Below are positions 42,227 to 50,821 of a DNA stretch of 59,508 nt, one piece after another. The notes under the pieces were generated by a model. That model had not been told where the DNA came from, did no database searches, and saw nothing but the letters and a program-made list of their open reading frames with translations. Every line of letters starts with the position of its first letter. The first letter of the stretch is position 1. Origin of the DNA: a virus (lineage: Duplodnaviria; Caudoviricetes); the IMG/VR virus record IMGVR_UViG_3300049024_000030, positions 1 to 59,508 of that record, one strand, 5' to 3'. Both the position numbers and the translations under genes were made by a program.

Positions 42227-43712
42227 CTCGCTCTACTTGAATTGCGATCATCTGCGGATCGAGTTCGGACCCGACTGCGACGTGTCCCTGCTCCGTTGCC
42301 GCAAGTAGGAATGTCCCCGTGCCAGCGAACGGATCAATAACAAATGCTCCGGCCTGACTAAGCGCGTGCCTGACCAGCATCGAAGCTAACTCCATTGGCT
42401 TCTCCCATGCGTGCCAGCGTTTACCGTTGCGGCCATCGGGCGCGTTGATAACTTGCAGCGTGTTCTTTTCGGTAAGGACTGAAGTATTCAGCGCGGGCGC
42501 ATCCTGTTTATAGACGTGCCACACCATTTGAATGTTGGTCTTGTAGTCGTGTGTAGGCGCCGGGCCGACAGTGTTGTTGTAGCCCCATACCAGCGGGACG
42601 CCGACGGTTAGCCCGTCAATGGCCGTTAGCGCGGCAGCATAGGCGGCCAACTCTTCAGGATATGCGCCAGTGCAGATGTAAGCGCGTCCTGTCGGCTTGA
42701 GTTTTTGAATTGCCAGCGGTACCCACTCGGCGGCAAATGCGGCTATGTCTTCAACGTCGGTTGCATAGGGCGGGTCGGTGATAAGCAGATCAACGGATTC
42801 ATCCTCAATACTATGCAGAAATGAAACCGCGTCGGATTGGTGGACGGTTGCTTTTAGCTCGCGCAGAGCTTGGAGTTTGAGATTGATTTCGTGAGTTAGC
42901 TTTTCGATCTGGCGTATATCCCATACCCACTTGTCCGCCCAGTCTAAAGATGTTTCTTCTTCGAGTTCTTCGATGCGAAGTCTCAGCGTGAGCATTGCCG
43001 CAACGCATTCTTTCACGGCGCGCGGCGACATCCGCCCAGTGAAGACGCGCAGCGCCACATCAGCGGCGGGGTAAATGTCGGTTAGCTCTTCGGGTATAGT
43101 TTTAACGGCTTCGATTGCGGCTTTGACTGCCGCGTCCACATCGGCGGCGCTCATCTCGTAAATGCTCTGAGCGGCTTCTATCCAGCAGGCGCGGGGCAGG
43201 GCATGGATAGCGGCAAGGTGTTTCGCTTTCTCTAATAAAAAAGTGGCCTGAGCCACTTTTTTATTAGAGTGCTCGTACACCTCTCCCGCCATTCGCAGCA
43301 CGGTGATATAGCCTCGGTCTTTGCCTATCTTCTCTGCGTATGCCGTTAATCCGCCAGCCTTCTGCAATGGCACAGCCTTGAATGCGTGGATCCCAATTTC
43401 AAGCGGCGACAGTTCGCCTTGCGCATTACTGAGGACGAGTTGCATGAATGCTTCTTCGTCGCTCATCTCTTCGACCCAGCAAGGCACAGTCTTTATGTCG
43501 GCTCGCCTTGCCGCCTCGCGCCGGGTGTGTCCGCTGATCACTTGGTAATGGCCATTGAGGGGCCGCACGATTGGCGCATGCATTTCGCTGAACGCACCAG
43601 ACTCTTTCAACTGTGCGACGATCCCGTCAATCACGTCCTCGCGCAGCACCAAGCGCGGGTTGTCTGGGTGCGGCTGTAGTTTTTCGATTGGTATGTGTTT
43701 TAGTTCTGCCAT
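42210..43712 (-). CDS. ParB/Spo0J domain plus N6-adenine-type DNA methyltransferase
   Basis: PHPDNPR, YQVISGHTRREA, HTH; DLLITDPPY, HAWEKP, IDPFAGTGT. Confidence 0.92.
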   Translation of the reverse strand: MAELKHIPIEKLQPHPDNPRLVLREDVIDGIVAQLKESGAFSEMHAPIVRPLNGHYQVISGHTRREAARRADIKTVPCWVEEMSDEEAFMQLVLSNAQGELSPLEIGIHAFKAVPLQKAGGLTAYAEKIGKDRGYITVLRMAGEVYEHSNKKVAQATFLLEKAKHLAAIHALPRACWIEAAQSIYEMSAADVDAAVKAAIEAVKTIPEELTDIYPAADVALRVFTGRMSPRAVKECVAAMLTLRLRIEELEEETSLDWADKWVWDIRQIEKLTHEINLKLQALRELKATVHQSDAVSFLHSIEDESVDLLITDPPYATDVEDIAAFAAEWVPLAIQKLKPTGRAYICTGAYPEELAAYAAALTAIDGLTVGVPLVWGYNNTVGPAPTHDYKTNIQMVWHVYKQDAPALNTSVLTEKNTLQVINAPDGRNGKRWHAWEKPMELASMLVRHALSQAGAFVIDPFAGTGTFLLAATEQGHVAVGSELDPQMIAIQVERGVTNG

Positions 43713-43797
43713 GTCGTCATTGTATTACTCAATTGTGTAATATGCAATCGGGTAATATCAGATTGCGTATTTTCTTATTAGGTGGTACTGTGCTCGT
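43713..43797. promoter_or_regulatory. divergent leaderless sigma70 promoters
   Basis: Minus: TTGCAT...TACAAT-N6-ATG(43712). Plus: TTGCGT...TACTGT-N6-ATG(43798). Confidence 0.75.
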
Positions 43798-44022
43798 ATG
43801 AACGGCGTGATTACCGTCAAAATTGCAGAACTCGCGAAGAAGCGCGGCATCACCACCGCCTACCAGTTGCAGAAGGCGCTTGACGTGCCTCCGGCAATGG
43901 CGGCGAAGCTGTGGAAGGGTGAGTTCAAAATGATCGGCCTCGAAACCCTCAACAAGCTCTGTAATGTCCTGCGCTGTGAGCCTCATCAAATCCTCGCTTT
44001 CAAACCCGATCCGAAAGAATAA
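43798..44022 (+). CDS. XRE/Cro-C1 HTH regulator
   Basis: KKRGITTAYQLQKAL...IGLETLNKLCNVLRCEPHQIL. Confidence 0.9.
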   Translation: MNGVITVKIAELAKKRGITTAYQLQKALDVPPAMAAKLWKGEFKMIGLETLNKLCNVLRCEPHQILAFKPDPKE

Positions 44023-44060
44023 AAACGGGGCGAGTCCTCACCCGCCCCAACTCAGCTACA

Positions 44061-44480
44061 CTAAAATGGCACGTCGTCGTCCAGTTCCTGCCGGCTGCTC
44101 AGCGCTTCCCGCCGCGCTTGCCTGTCTTCCGAGTCCGCCGCGCGTCGTGGCGCGTCGTTGTCGCCGCTTCTGCCCAGGAACTGAATTTCGCGCGCGTTGA
44201 CCTCGACGCTGGCCCGGTTCTGGCCTTCTCTGTCGGTGTAGGTTTCCAGTCGTATGCGGCCTTCGATATAGACTTGCGAACCTTTATGCAGATACTCATT
44301 GCAGAGTTCGCCTTGCCGTCCCCACGCCGAGATACGAAACCACGTCGTCACTTCTTCGCTGCCGATCTTCTCAGTGGCCGCGACTGAGAAGTTGCAGACG
44401 GCGTTGCCGTTCGGCGTGTATTTAAGTTCGGGATCGCGGCCCAGATAGCCGATCAGCGCTACTTTCGCGTAGGAAGCCAT
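44061..44480 (-). CDS. ssb: single-stranded DNA-binding protein
   Basis: LIGYLGRDPELKYTPNG, KGSQVYIEGR, C-terminal DDDVPF. Confidence 0.97.
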   Translation of the reverse strand: MASYAKVALIGYLGRDPELKYTPNGNAVCNFSVAATEKIGSEEVTTWFRISAWGRQGELCNEYLHKGSQVYIEGRIRLETYTDREGQNRASVEVNAREIQFLGRSGDNDAPRRAADSEDRQARREALSSRQELDDDVPF

Positions 44481-45493
44481 TACTTCTTGCCCCCCTTCTG
44501 CTTGAGTTCTTCAAACCACTTCGTCAGCGCGTTCGCGGCCTTTGCGGCTTGCGCGTCGTCGAGTTCTTCGACGGCATAGATACCGCCGCACAGCGCGGCA
44601 ATCTTCGCGTTAATGGCGTCGTAGGTTTGTCCGGCTTCTTTCAGCGCTTCGGTAAGATCGATCACCTTGCCGTGATCAGGCCCGAGTGGCTTGGCTTCCA
44701 CCACTTCGCCTTCGGGTTCCGGCGCGGGTTCGGCTTTGGCCGCGAGCCTGGCGCGCATTCTCTCGAGCAACTGGCGCTTGTAGGCAGACGGCTTTCCGGT
44801 AACTTGCTTGCGTTCATATTCAAGCCATTCCGCTTCAGTCTTGCCGGCGGCGAAGAATGTCTCTTTGATTTCAGCGTCAATGCCGTCGTCTTCCGGCGCC
44901 ACGTCCGCAATCATGCCGTTTGACGCCTGCGCCATCTCTTCCTGCGTGTAGATACCGGCTAAGTCGCCGGGGAACGCCTTGCGCAGACTGAGCGCTTCGG
45001 CGCATTTGGCGAGCTGGTTCGCGGCCATCTTCTTCCACATCGCGTTAGGCTGGCCGTCCTTGCGCGTCTGGACGTATTCTTTGTAGAGCGCGACGGCCCA
45101 GAACGGCTCGCGGCAGCCGGCTTTGAGCGTGCCGACTTTGGCGGCGGCCGGCGGATCGCTGCTGAGCCATACGTCTTTCCATTCGCCATCGGCGCCGCAC
45201 CAGAACGGCCCGAGTTGGCCTTCGTACTTGCCGGTGCGCTCAGCCATCAGCCGATAGCCGTCAATACCCGTCTGCGGCTCCATGACTTCCTTCTGCAATT
45301 GGCTGTCGTAGCGCTTCACCAGGTGGATCTGGCGACTGAAGATATCCAGCCCCTTGCGCTGCGCGACTTCGACGAACAGCGCGAGTTCATTGTTCGATGC
45401 GCCTTTCGCGTAAACGTCCTTGATAAGTTGAACCTGTTCGGGGTTGTAAACGATTGCCCCCGGCGATTCCTGCTTTACCATTGCTGTGCTCAT
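44480..45493 (-). CDS. bet: Red-beta/RecT single-strand annealing protein
   Basis: GLDIFSRQIHLV, QTGIDGYRLMAERTG, WKKMAANQLAKCAEALSLRKAFP. Confidence 0.93.
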   Translation of the reverse strand: MSTAMVKQESPGAIVYNPEQVQLIKDVYAKGASNNELALFVEVAQRKGLDIFSRQIHLVKRYDSQLQKEVMEPQTGIDGYRLMAERTGKYEGQLGPFWCGADGEWKDVWLSSDPPAAAKVGTLKAGCREPFWAVALYKEYVQTRKDGQPNAMWKKMAANQLAKCAEALSLRKAFPGDLAGIYTQEEMAQASNGMIADVAPEDDGIDAEIKETFFAAGKTEAEWLEYERKQVTGKPSAYKRQLLERMRARLAAKAEPAPEPEGEVVEAKPLGPDHGKVIDLTEALKEAGQTYDAINAKIAALCGGIYAVEELDDAQAAKAANALTKWFEELKQKGGKK

Positions 45494-45631
45494 AACGTGC
45501 TTGTCTCCTTTTGCCGCCGACTAACCCCGGCGGTTGGGTTTCAGTACCTTAACGGCCAGCCTTTGGCCGCGTTGATCAGCTTGGCGACGGCGGCGATCCA
45601 GAGAACCGCAATGGCGCCGTAGACAACAAAT

Positions 45632-46033
45632 TCAAACCACATGCAAACCTCCTCGTAGCCGCCGTGTCTGGCGGACTTGCTCAATGCGTTGATTCGACTG
45701 TTCAACGCTTGCCGGTAACGATCCGAGATTCAAACTTCTCCTGATATCCCCCGCCCACTCTTTCGCCAGCGCGATAAAGCCGGCGTTATCGGCCAACCGC
45801 TTGCGCTGTTTTTCAATCGTCGCCAGGTGTTCCAGTTCCTGGCGTTTGGCGGCGCTGAGTTCGTGAACCAGCCGCGCGTTATCAAGCTCGGCTTCTGTTC
45901 TCGCCGCGATCTCGATATCTTTCTGCGCGCAGGCGGCGAAGAACGCGCGACGGATTTGGCGCGCGCGGAGCGCCTGGAAGGCAATTACCAGCGCCAGCGC
46001 TGCGATTACTGATAAATAGGTTCCGTGGACCAT
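45632..46033 (-). CDS. TM plus coiled-coil hypothetical protein
   Basis: N-terminal hydrophobic helix. Confidence 0.6.
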   Translation of the reverse strand: MVHGTYLSVIAALALVIAFQALRARQIRRAFFAACAQKDIEIAARTEAELDNARLVHELSAAKRQELEHLATIEKQRKRLADNAGFIALAKEWAGDIRRSLNLGSLPASVEQSNQRIEQVRQTRRLRGGLHVV

Positions 46034-46046
46034 TGCGAATCTCGGT

Positions 46047-46082
46047 AAAAAACGGGGCGGCGGTATCACTCACCGCCCCGTT
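46047..46082 (-). terminator. intrinsic terminator inside the early operon
   Basis: AACGGGGCGG-N12-CCGCCCCGTT followed by a T-tract on the minus strand. Confidence 0.75.
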
Positions 46083-46316
46083 GAGGTTTCACCCGTGCCG
46101 GTCTGTTCCCGGCTGTCAAATGCCAGCGCTTGCCGGCAATCTCGTTATTTCTTTTCCTGCGCCTTGCCTATCTCTGCCGATTTCCAGCCCCTATATTTCG
46201 CTATTCGTTCCGCCAACGCTTCAGCGGCGCTGTTGTTTGGCGCCTTGATCGGCAGTTCGTCAGGTTTGCGTCCAGGCCGTTTGACCGGGACGATAAAATC
46301 TTTCAGCGGCGGCTGA

Positions 46317-46730
46317 TCAGCCATCGTTGTTGTCTCCCATATCAGTCGCCGCGACGATCTCGCGGGCCAACTGATTCGCTTTTTTTACCGCTTCCCATTT
46401 GCGCATATGCGAGTTCTTGCCTTGAATGGATTGGCCCTTCGCCAATTCGTAATCGACTCTCTGCTGAACCTGCTCGGCGCGCGCCGGATCAATCGCATTC
46501 AGCGCGTCCATAAATTGCAGATAGTTGTGAACCGGACTTCGGCGGCCGTGCGGATCGCCCGGCTCGTCGTCGTAAGCGGCTGGATCTACGCGCCACTTGC
46601 GAACCGTTTGCTCACTGCATCCGTACAACAGCGCCACCCTGCGCAGCGTGTCGGTCTCGCGGTGAGGTATTACTTTTGCAATTAGTTCGAAAATCTCCAT
46701 CGCTTCGATTTCGTGAGGTGTACTACTCAT
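46317..46730 (-). CDS. CII-like HTH regulator
   Basis: VALLYGCSEQTVRKWR HTH and GRRSPV motif; early-operon position. Confidence 0.6.
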   Translation of the reverse strand: MSSTPHEIEAMEIFELIAKVIPHRETDTLRRVALLYGCSEQTVRKWRVDPAAYDDEPGDPHGRRSPVHNYLQFMDALNAIDPARAEQVQQRVDYELAKGQSIQGKNSHMRKWEAVKKANQLAREIVAATDMGDNNDG

Positions 46731-47084
46731 TATTCTTCCTGTGCTTGTTGGGTTGGCATTGGCACTTCATCGTGGGGTTGAAGCGCGGTAAGCTCTGGCC
46801 ATGATTCCAACGTGTCGCAGGGGTGGTCGATCATTGCGTTTCGCGCCGTATCTGATTTGGCGCAAACGGTATTGGCAAATTCGCTATGTCGGCTGCCGAT
46901 CGTAAAAGTTGCGATCATAAAAGTGCGGTTCTTTGAAAATTCAGCATCAATCGAATAGCGGTCGTTGGCGCGGCCGCTATTTGCGTATAAGGGCAGCCGG
47001 GGCGTCACGGACCTGCATAAACCGACCGCCCCGGCGTATTGGCGGCGTGGTGAATTGCGTGCAGTCAAATTCCACACCCGCCAA

Positions 47085-47319
47085 GGTTTTTACGAACTGG
47101 CTTTTCCGGACTTGGTGAATTGCGACTCTAAGCCGAGAGGAACAAACCACGCGGTCCCCTAACCAGCTCGTAACTGTTTTGGCCGTTGGCGGGTTCTCCC
47201 GCGCACGCCGCTTGAAGGGATTCATCCGGTATAGAGAGTCTGCCCTTGCGGGTAGCGTTCGATCGCACGGAACAGGTTCCCAACGGCGGGAGTTGCTAAA
47301 AAGCGTCCACGGCCAAACT
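47085..47319 (-). ncRNA. putative structured RNA (two multibranch domains) following the tRNA-like element
   Basis: Closing stems TTTGGCCGT/ACGGCCAAA and TTACGAGCTGGTT/AGCCAGTTCGTAA; inner CTCCCGC/GCGGGAG and a CCC-GCAA-GGG GNRA hairpin. Confidence 0.55.
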
Positions 47320-47501
47320 TGGTCAGACTGGAAGGAATCGAACCTTCTCCTTCGGCGCCCCCGCCGATGTGCTTCAGTGGTTGGTACCCCCGCTTCGGTC
47401 GTTTCGCGAATACCGTTAGATGGGTTTACATCGCGTATCCACGGAACCACCATCGCCACACGCAACGCTGCGCTTAATGCGAGCCGTTACACCACAGTCC
47501 G
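47320..47501 (-). ncRNA. tRNA-like RNA (182 nt) with a ~110-nt D-loop insertion and degenerate anticodon loop
   Basis: Acceptor CGGACTG/CAGTCTG + A-CCA; D stem GTGT/GCAC; TCGGC-GGGGGC-GCCGA arm; AGGA variable region; T arm GAAGG-TTCGATT-CCTTC. Confidence 0.75.
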
Positions 47502-47538
47502 AAATTGTTCAAAGATCAAATCAGCGCCGAAGAGAGTT

Positions 47539-47748
47539 TCACTCTTCAACCTGGTTTCGCTTATGGAACCTGGTTCGTAGCGAGCGCCGATGCCGTTTGA
47601 GCTTGAGGCGTTTCTCAAGCTCACCGGGGTGGCATTGAATAATGTGCATTGCCAGCCCTATGTCTCCGAAAAATCTATTGCGGCGCTTTGGACATCCGCG
47701 TACCGGGCATTGCCAGCCTTCCCGATTTGTTTGCGCCGCACATGGCAT
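47539..47748 (-). CDS. small C2H2 zinc-finger-like basic protein
   Basis: CPVRGC...F.....L..HIIQCH; start codon uncertain. Confidence 0.55.
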   Translation of the reverse strand: MPCAAQTNREGWQCPVRGCPKRRNRFFGDIGLAMHIIQCHPGELEKRLKLKRHRRSLRTRFHKRNQVEE

Positions 47749-47846
47749 TGATTTCTTCCCTACTTCTCAGGCGCGGTGGGACGATTTCACCTTGTCTCGT
47801 CCCATTGTCCCGGTAACATTCAGGCCAGGCACCGCGCTGATTCGTG

Positions 47847-48074
47847 CTAGTAGCGATCCAACTCGAACTGCGAAGTGTACTCGCGGCGCCAATCGCTTTC
47901 GACAGGGCTGTTCACGCCCCTGGATTCGACAGTCCAGTTGTCGCGCTTCATCGCGGCGATCAGCGACTCGGCCTCTTCGCGGGTGGTATAGCCAAATACT
48001 GACCACTTGGTGAGAGTCGGCAGCGTGGCCCGAACGCGGAATGGTGCGGTATGCGATATTTTGACTTCCGCCAT
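47847..48074 (-). CDS. hypothetical protein, paralog of 2988-3416
   Basis: RBS GGAGGTGGAG; clear similarity to the N-terminus of 2988-3416. Confidence 0.8.
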   Translation of the reverse strand: MAEVKISHTAPFRVRATLPTLTKWSVFGYTTREEAESLIAAMKRDNWTVESRGVNSPVESDWRREYTSQFELDRY

Positions 48075-48088
48075 AATCTCCACCTCCG

Positions 48089-48388
48089 TTAATAGCAGTC
48101 CAATTCGAACTGCTGAAGTTTCTCGTAATTCTTCGGCTCGTTGCGCCACTCGATCAGCGCGTCGAACAATTCTTTAGTGACTTGGTAGCGCGGATAATGG
48201 CCAGCCGGTAGCGTCTTGATAAGCCCCTTCTCGATCAACTTGTAGGTCGTCCGCCGCGCGCCATTGTGGATATTGTTCCGCTGCGGGAAGACCTCGCGCG
48301 GCTCGATGTGCGGCAAATCGTCCGAACCGTCCTGCAACCGATAAAGAGCGGCTGCGACTTCTGCTTGTGCTAAGGTAAGTTTGATCAT
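48089..48388 (-). CDS. winged-helix-like protein
   Basis: RBS GGAGG; RRTTYKLIEKGLIK...YQVTKE. Confidence 0.7.
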   Translation of the reverse strand: MIKLTLAQAEVAAALYRLQDGSDDLPHIEPREVFPQRNNIHNGARRTTYKLIEKGLIKTLPAGHYPRYQVTKELFDALIEWRNEPKNYEKLQQFELDCY

Positions 48389-48577
48389 TACGTCCTCCGT
48401 TGTTTCCCGTCGGCGCGGAGAGCATTCAAGCCCCCTTGCTCCCCGCGCCCGGTTTCAGCAGGCTCCCCGCTGCTGCTGAAGTTGAAAGAAAGATCAGCGG
48501 GCAGGACTCGACGCATCCATCTACCGCCCTGCCCGCGTTTCGGGACCGTTGCCCGGGTAGTCCCGAAAGTTGAAAGA

Positions 48578-48859
48578 TCAATGCCCACTTCTCAGTCGCT
48601 CGATCTGCTTCTGTTGATCCTTCACGATCCAGAGCAGTTCCGTGCAGGCTTCAATGAGCAGTGGAATCGCTTCCGTTGCCGTCTCCGTATCGCCTGAGGT
48701 CTGATAGATGTCGTATGCGCGACTAAGGCTTTCCTGCGCGTCTTTGATTCTGTTGTTCATCCCGTCTACGGGAATGGCCTTTTGCATAGCTGGCATGAGT
48801 TCTTCAATCTCAACCGCCTCCACCGACTCATTCAGTCCGTTGATTTCTACCGTTTCCAT
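48578..48859 (-). CDS. hypothetical protein
   Basis: RBS GGAG; IPLLIEACTEL...QQKQIERL coiled end. Confidence 0.7.
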   Translation of the reverse strand: METVEINGLNESVEAVEIEELMPAMQKAIPVDGMNNRIKDAQESLSRAYDIYQTSGDTETATEAIPLLIEACTELLWIVKDQQKQIERLRSGH

Positions 48860-48964
48860 TTCGCTTCTCCGTCGCAGGAAAGCCGCTTCCAACAACTTCC
48901 CCGCCCTTTTGCAGTTACGACCATCGTGGTCGCCGTTTCGACCGGCGCGCGCCGGCCAGAAGAT

Positions 48965-49336
48965 TCAGGCCGCACGGAGCGCTGCGGTTTTCGCGCTGCC
49001 CCGCTCGCGGCTATTCAGATAGTTTTCAATCGCGTCAGCGCGATACCGAACGTCGCCGCCTTCAAACAGAATGAATGGCAATCTCGCTGGACGTTCGCTT
49101 CGCCAGTTGCGCATCGTGCGCAGCGAGACGCGCAGCAGTTCGGCGGCTTCTTTTTCCGTCAACAGTTCCTTCGGTTGTTCGAGGCGCTTAAGGTTTTCTT
49201 CGAGAAATCGGACGAGGCTTTCCAAGCGCTCAATTCGCGCAGTGGCTCTGTCCAACTTTTCCTGCGCCGCAGCGATCTCTTCCTGCGCCATTACGGCGCG
49301 GCCATAGGCGGCGGCTGCGGTGTCGTTGGATTTCAT
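48965..49336 (-). CDS. excisionase-like HTH protein
   Basis: LLTEKEAAELLRVSLRTMRNWR...VRYRADAIENYL. Confidence 0.88.
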   Translation of the reverse strand: MKSNDTAAAAYGRAVMAQEEIAAAQEKLDRATARIERLESLVRFLEENLKRLEQPKELLTEKEAAELLRVSLRTMRNWRSERPARLPFILFEGGDVRYRADAIENYLNSRERGSAKTAALRAA

Positions 49337-49638
49337 GACGCCACCTCCACGTTGAGAAGTTCGTGGCGCGCGGTTATGACGGCCTTCCAATAGGCGCGGC
49401 GGTAATCGCGCTGAATCTCGTTAGCGCGGCGCTCAATGGCCATGTGAACCAGAGCGCGCGCGTGCGCGCCGGCGTTGTCGGAAGAAATGGGATTGAGAAT
49501 GGCCTCGATATGGAAATCGCACTTTGACGACCATTGTTCATCGGTCATCACCTTTATCGGCGCCGCCTTGCGCGTCCGTTTCGGCGCGGCTTGGCTTTCC
49601 TGGCGGCGGCGGATTGTGGCGGGTGAGTCGTAGATCAT
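49333..49638 (-). CDS. hypothetical early protein
   Basis: First gene after a strong promoter; ATGA overlap. Confidence 0.7.
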   Translation of the reverse strand: MIYDSPATIRRRQESQAAPKRTRKAAPIKVMTDEQWSSKCDFHIEAILNPISSDNAGAHARALVHMAIERRANEIQRDYRRAYWKAVITARHELLNVEVAS

Positions 49639-49674
49639 AAGGGCGTTCTCCGTTATTTTTCACTGACGGGGCGG

Positions 49675-49703
49675 AGTGTAACCTATTAGATTGCGACTGT
49701 CAA
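49675..49703 (-). promoter_or_regulatory. strong sigma70 early promoter TTGACA-N17-TACACT
   Basis: Read directly on the minus strand. Confidence 0.8.
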
Positions 49704-49711
49704 CGTGAAGA

Positions 49712-49948
49712 TTACGCGGCGCGCAAAAATTTTTCGGCGCTGATAATGTCTTTCAGGCCAACACCATAGAACAGGCAGAGCCTTATCAGGAGCGGCGCTG
49801 ACGGTTTGCGAGAGCCATTTTCGATTGCCCAAAGATGCTGCCGTTCAATGCCGAACAATTTAGCGACCTCGGACGGAGACCTGTCCCCACGTGCGGCTTT
49901 CAGCTTTGCGGGATCAATGTCCACATTGCGGATTGTTTCGATGTCCAT
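49712..49948 (-). CDS. Cro-like XRE regulator (leaderless)
   Basis: SEVAKLFGIERQHLWAIENGSRKPS; TAGACA-N17-TACATT-N6-ATG; divergent from the repressor. Confidence 0.85.
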   Translation of the reverse strand: MDIETIRNVDIDPAKLKAARGDRSPSEVAKLFGIERQHLWAIENGSRKPSAPLLIRLCLFYGVGLKDIISAEKFLRAA

Positions 49949-50047
49949 GGGCGAAATGTAACATGGCAGGTTGCAGATGTCTACCAACAGGTGACAAAAA
50001 ATCATTCTCGCAGATTGCAAAAGACTCGTAAACTTTCAGTTGACGCT

Positions 50048-50548
50048 ATGAAGGAAACTTTCGGACAAAAATTACAACGATGGCGCGAGGCGGCCCATGT
50101 GTCGCAAGCTGAATTAGCGCGCCGGATGGATGTTAGCCGTAATTACATCAGCAATCTTGAGAGGGACTTTTCGCCAACTGCCAAGGGTGGCAAGCCTCAG
50201 CCGAGTGTGGAGACATGCGATAAGATCGCCCGCGCACTGGGGGTTAAGATTGCCGAAGTCAGGCTAGCTGCAGGGTATGCACCGCCCGCAAAATCAGAGG
50301 AAGAGAGTGCAGAAATGAAACAAGAATCCGAACAGGCAGTCGACCGCGCGGCCGAAGGCGCCCGCACTATGGAAATGATTGAAAATTGGGCGATCATGAC
50401 ACCTGAAGAGCAGACGGCGGCGCTTGCGTTTCTCAAGTTTCTCAAAGCGGAAAATCCTGAAGCTCTCAGGATTTTAGGCCCCAGGTTCAAAGTAAAAGAC
50501 TCTTCGGACATCACTCAGTCCGAAGTTGAGGAAACACCAGATCGCTGA
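50048..50548 (+). CDS. CI-like XRE repressor
   Basis: FGQKLQRWRE..VSQAELARRMDVSRNYISNLE...PSVETCDKIARALGV; no S24 peptidase domain. Confidence 0.88.
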   Translation: MKETFGQKLQRWREAAHVSQAELARRMDVSRNYISNLERDFSPTAKGGKPQPSVETCDKIARALGVKIAEVRLAAGYAPPAKSEEESAEMKQESEQAVDRAAEGARTMEMIENWAIMTPEEQTAALAFLKFLKAENPEALRILGPRFKVKDSSDITQSEVEETPDR

Positions 50549-50821
50549 CCCACCAGCCCATCCAGACCCAGAAGAAAGGAGGGTCATCTTGCACGCGCCA
50601 CCCTGACGAAAATCCAACCTTAACCCCCCCCCCCAGGTCGCTATGCGGAACATCCCTGCATCTGTATGATCGACTACAACTATCACCAGTGAGCATTTTT
50701 GCGCGCTTGAACTGGAGGAGAGTTGGCGACAGAGACCGGGCCAAAAGAAAAATATACACCTGAACCAATTAACCAATAAAGCAAGCGGGCGCTTTGTTCT
50801 TTAAAACAAAGGAGTCCTCGC

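Noticed and set aside
47320-47501. Canonical tRNA, tmRNA or group I intron-containing tRNA
   Set aside because: The anticodon loop is 6 nt without U33. The insertion is in the D-loop and too short for a group I intron, and no tag ORF is evident.
46730-47580. ORFs 46730-47077, 46977-47465 and 47179-47580 as proteins
   Set aside because: They have no convincing RBS or protein-like composition and overlap strongly paired RNA. A short real ORF near 46730-46833 cannot be excluded.
47765-47842. Hammerhead ribozyme
   Set aside because: CTGA and GAAA fall inside hairpin loops rather than in the required junction arrangement.
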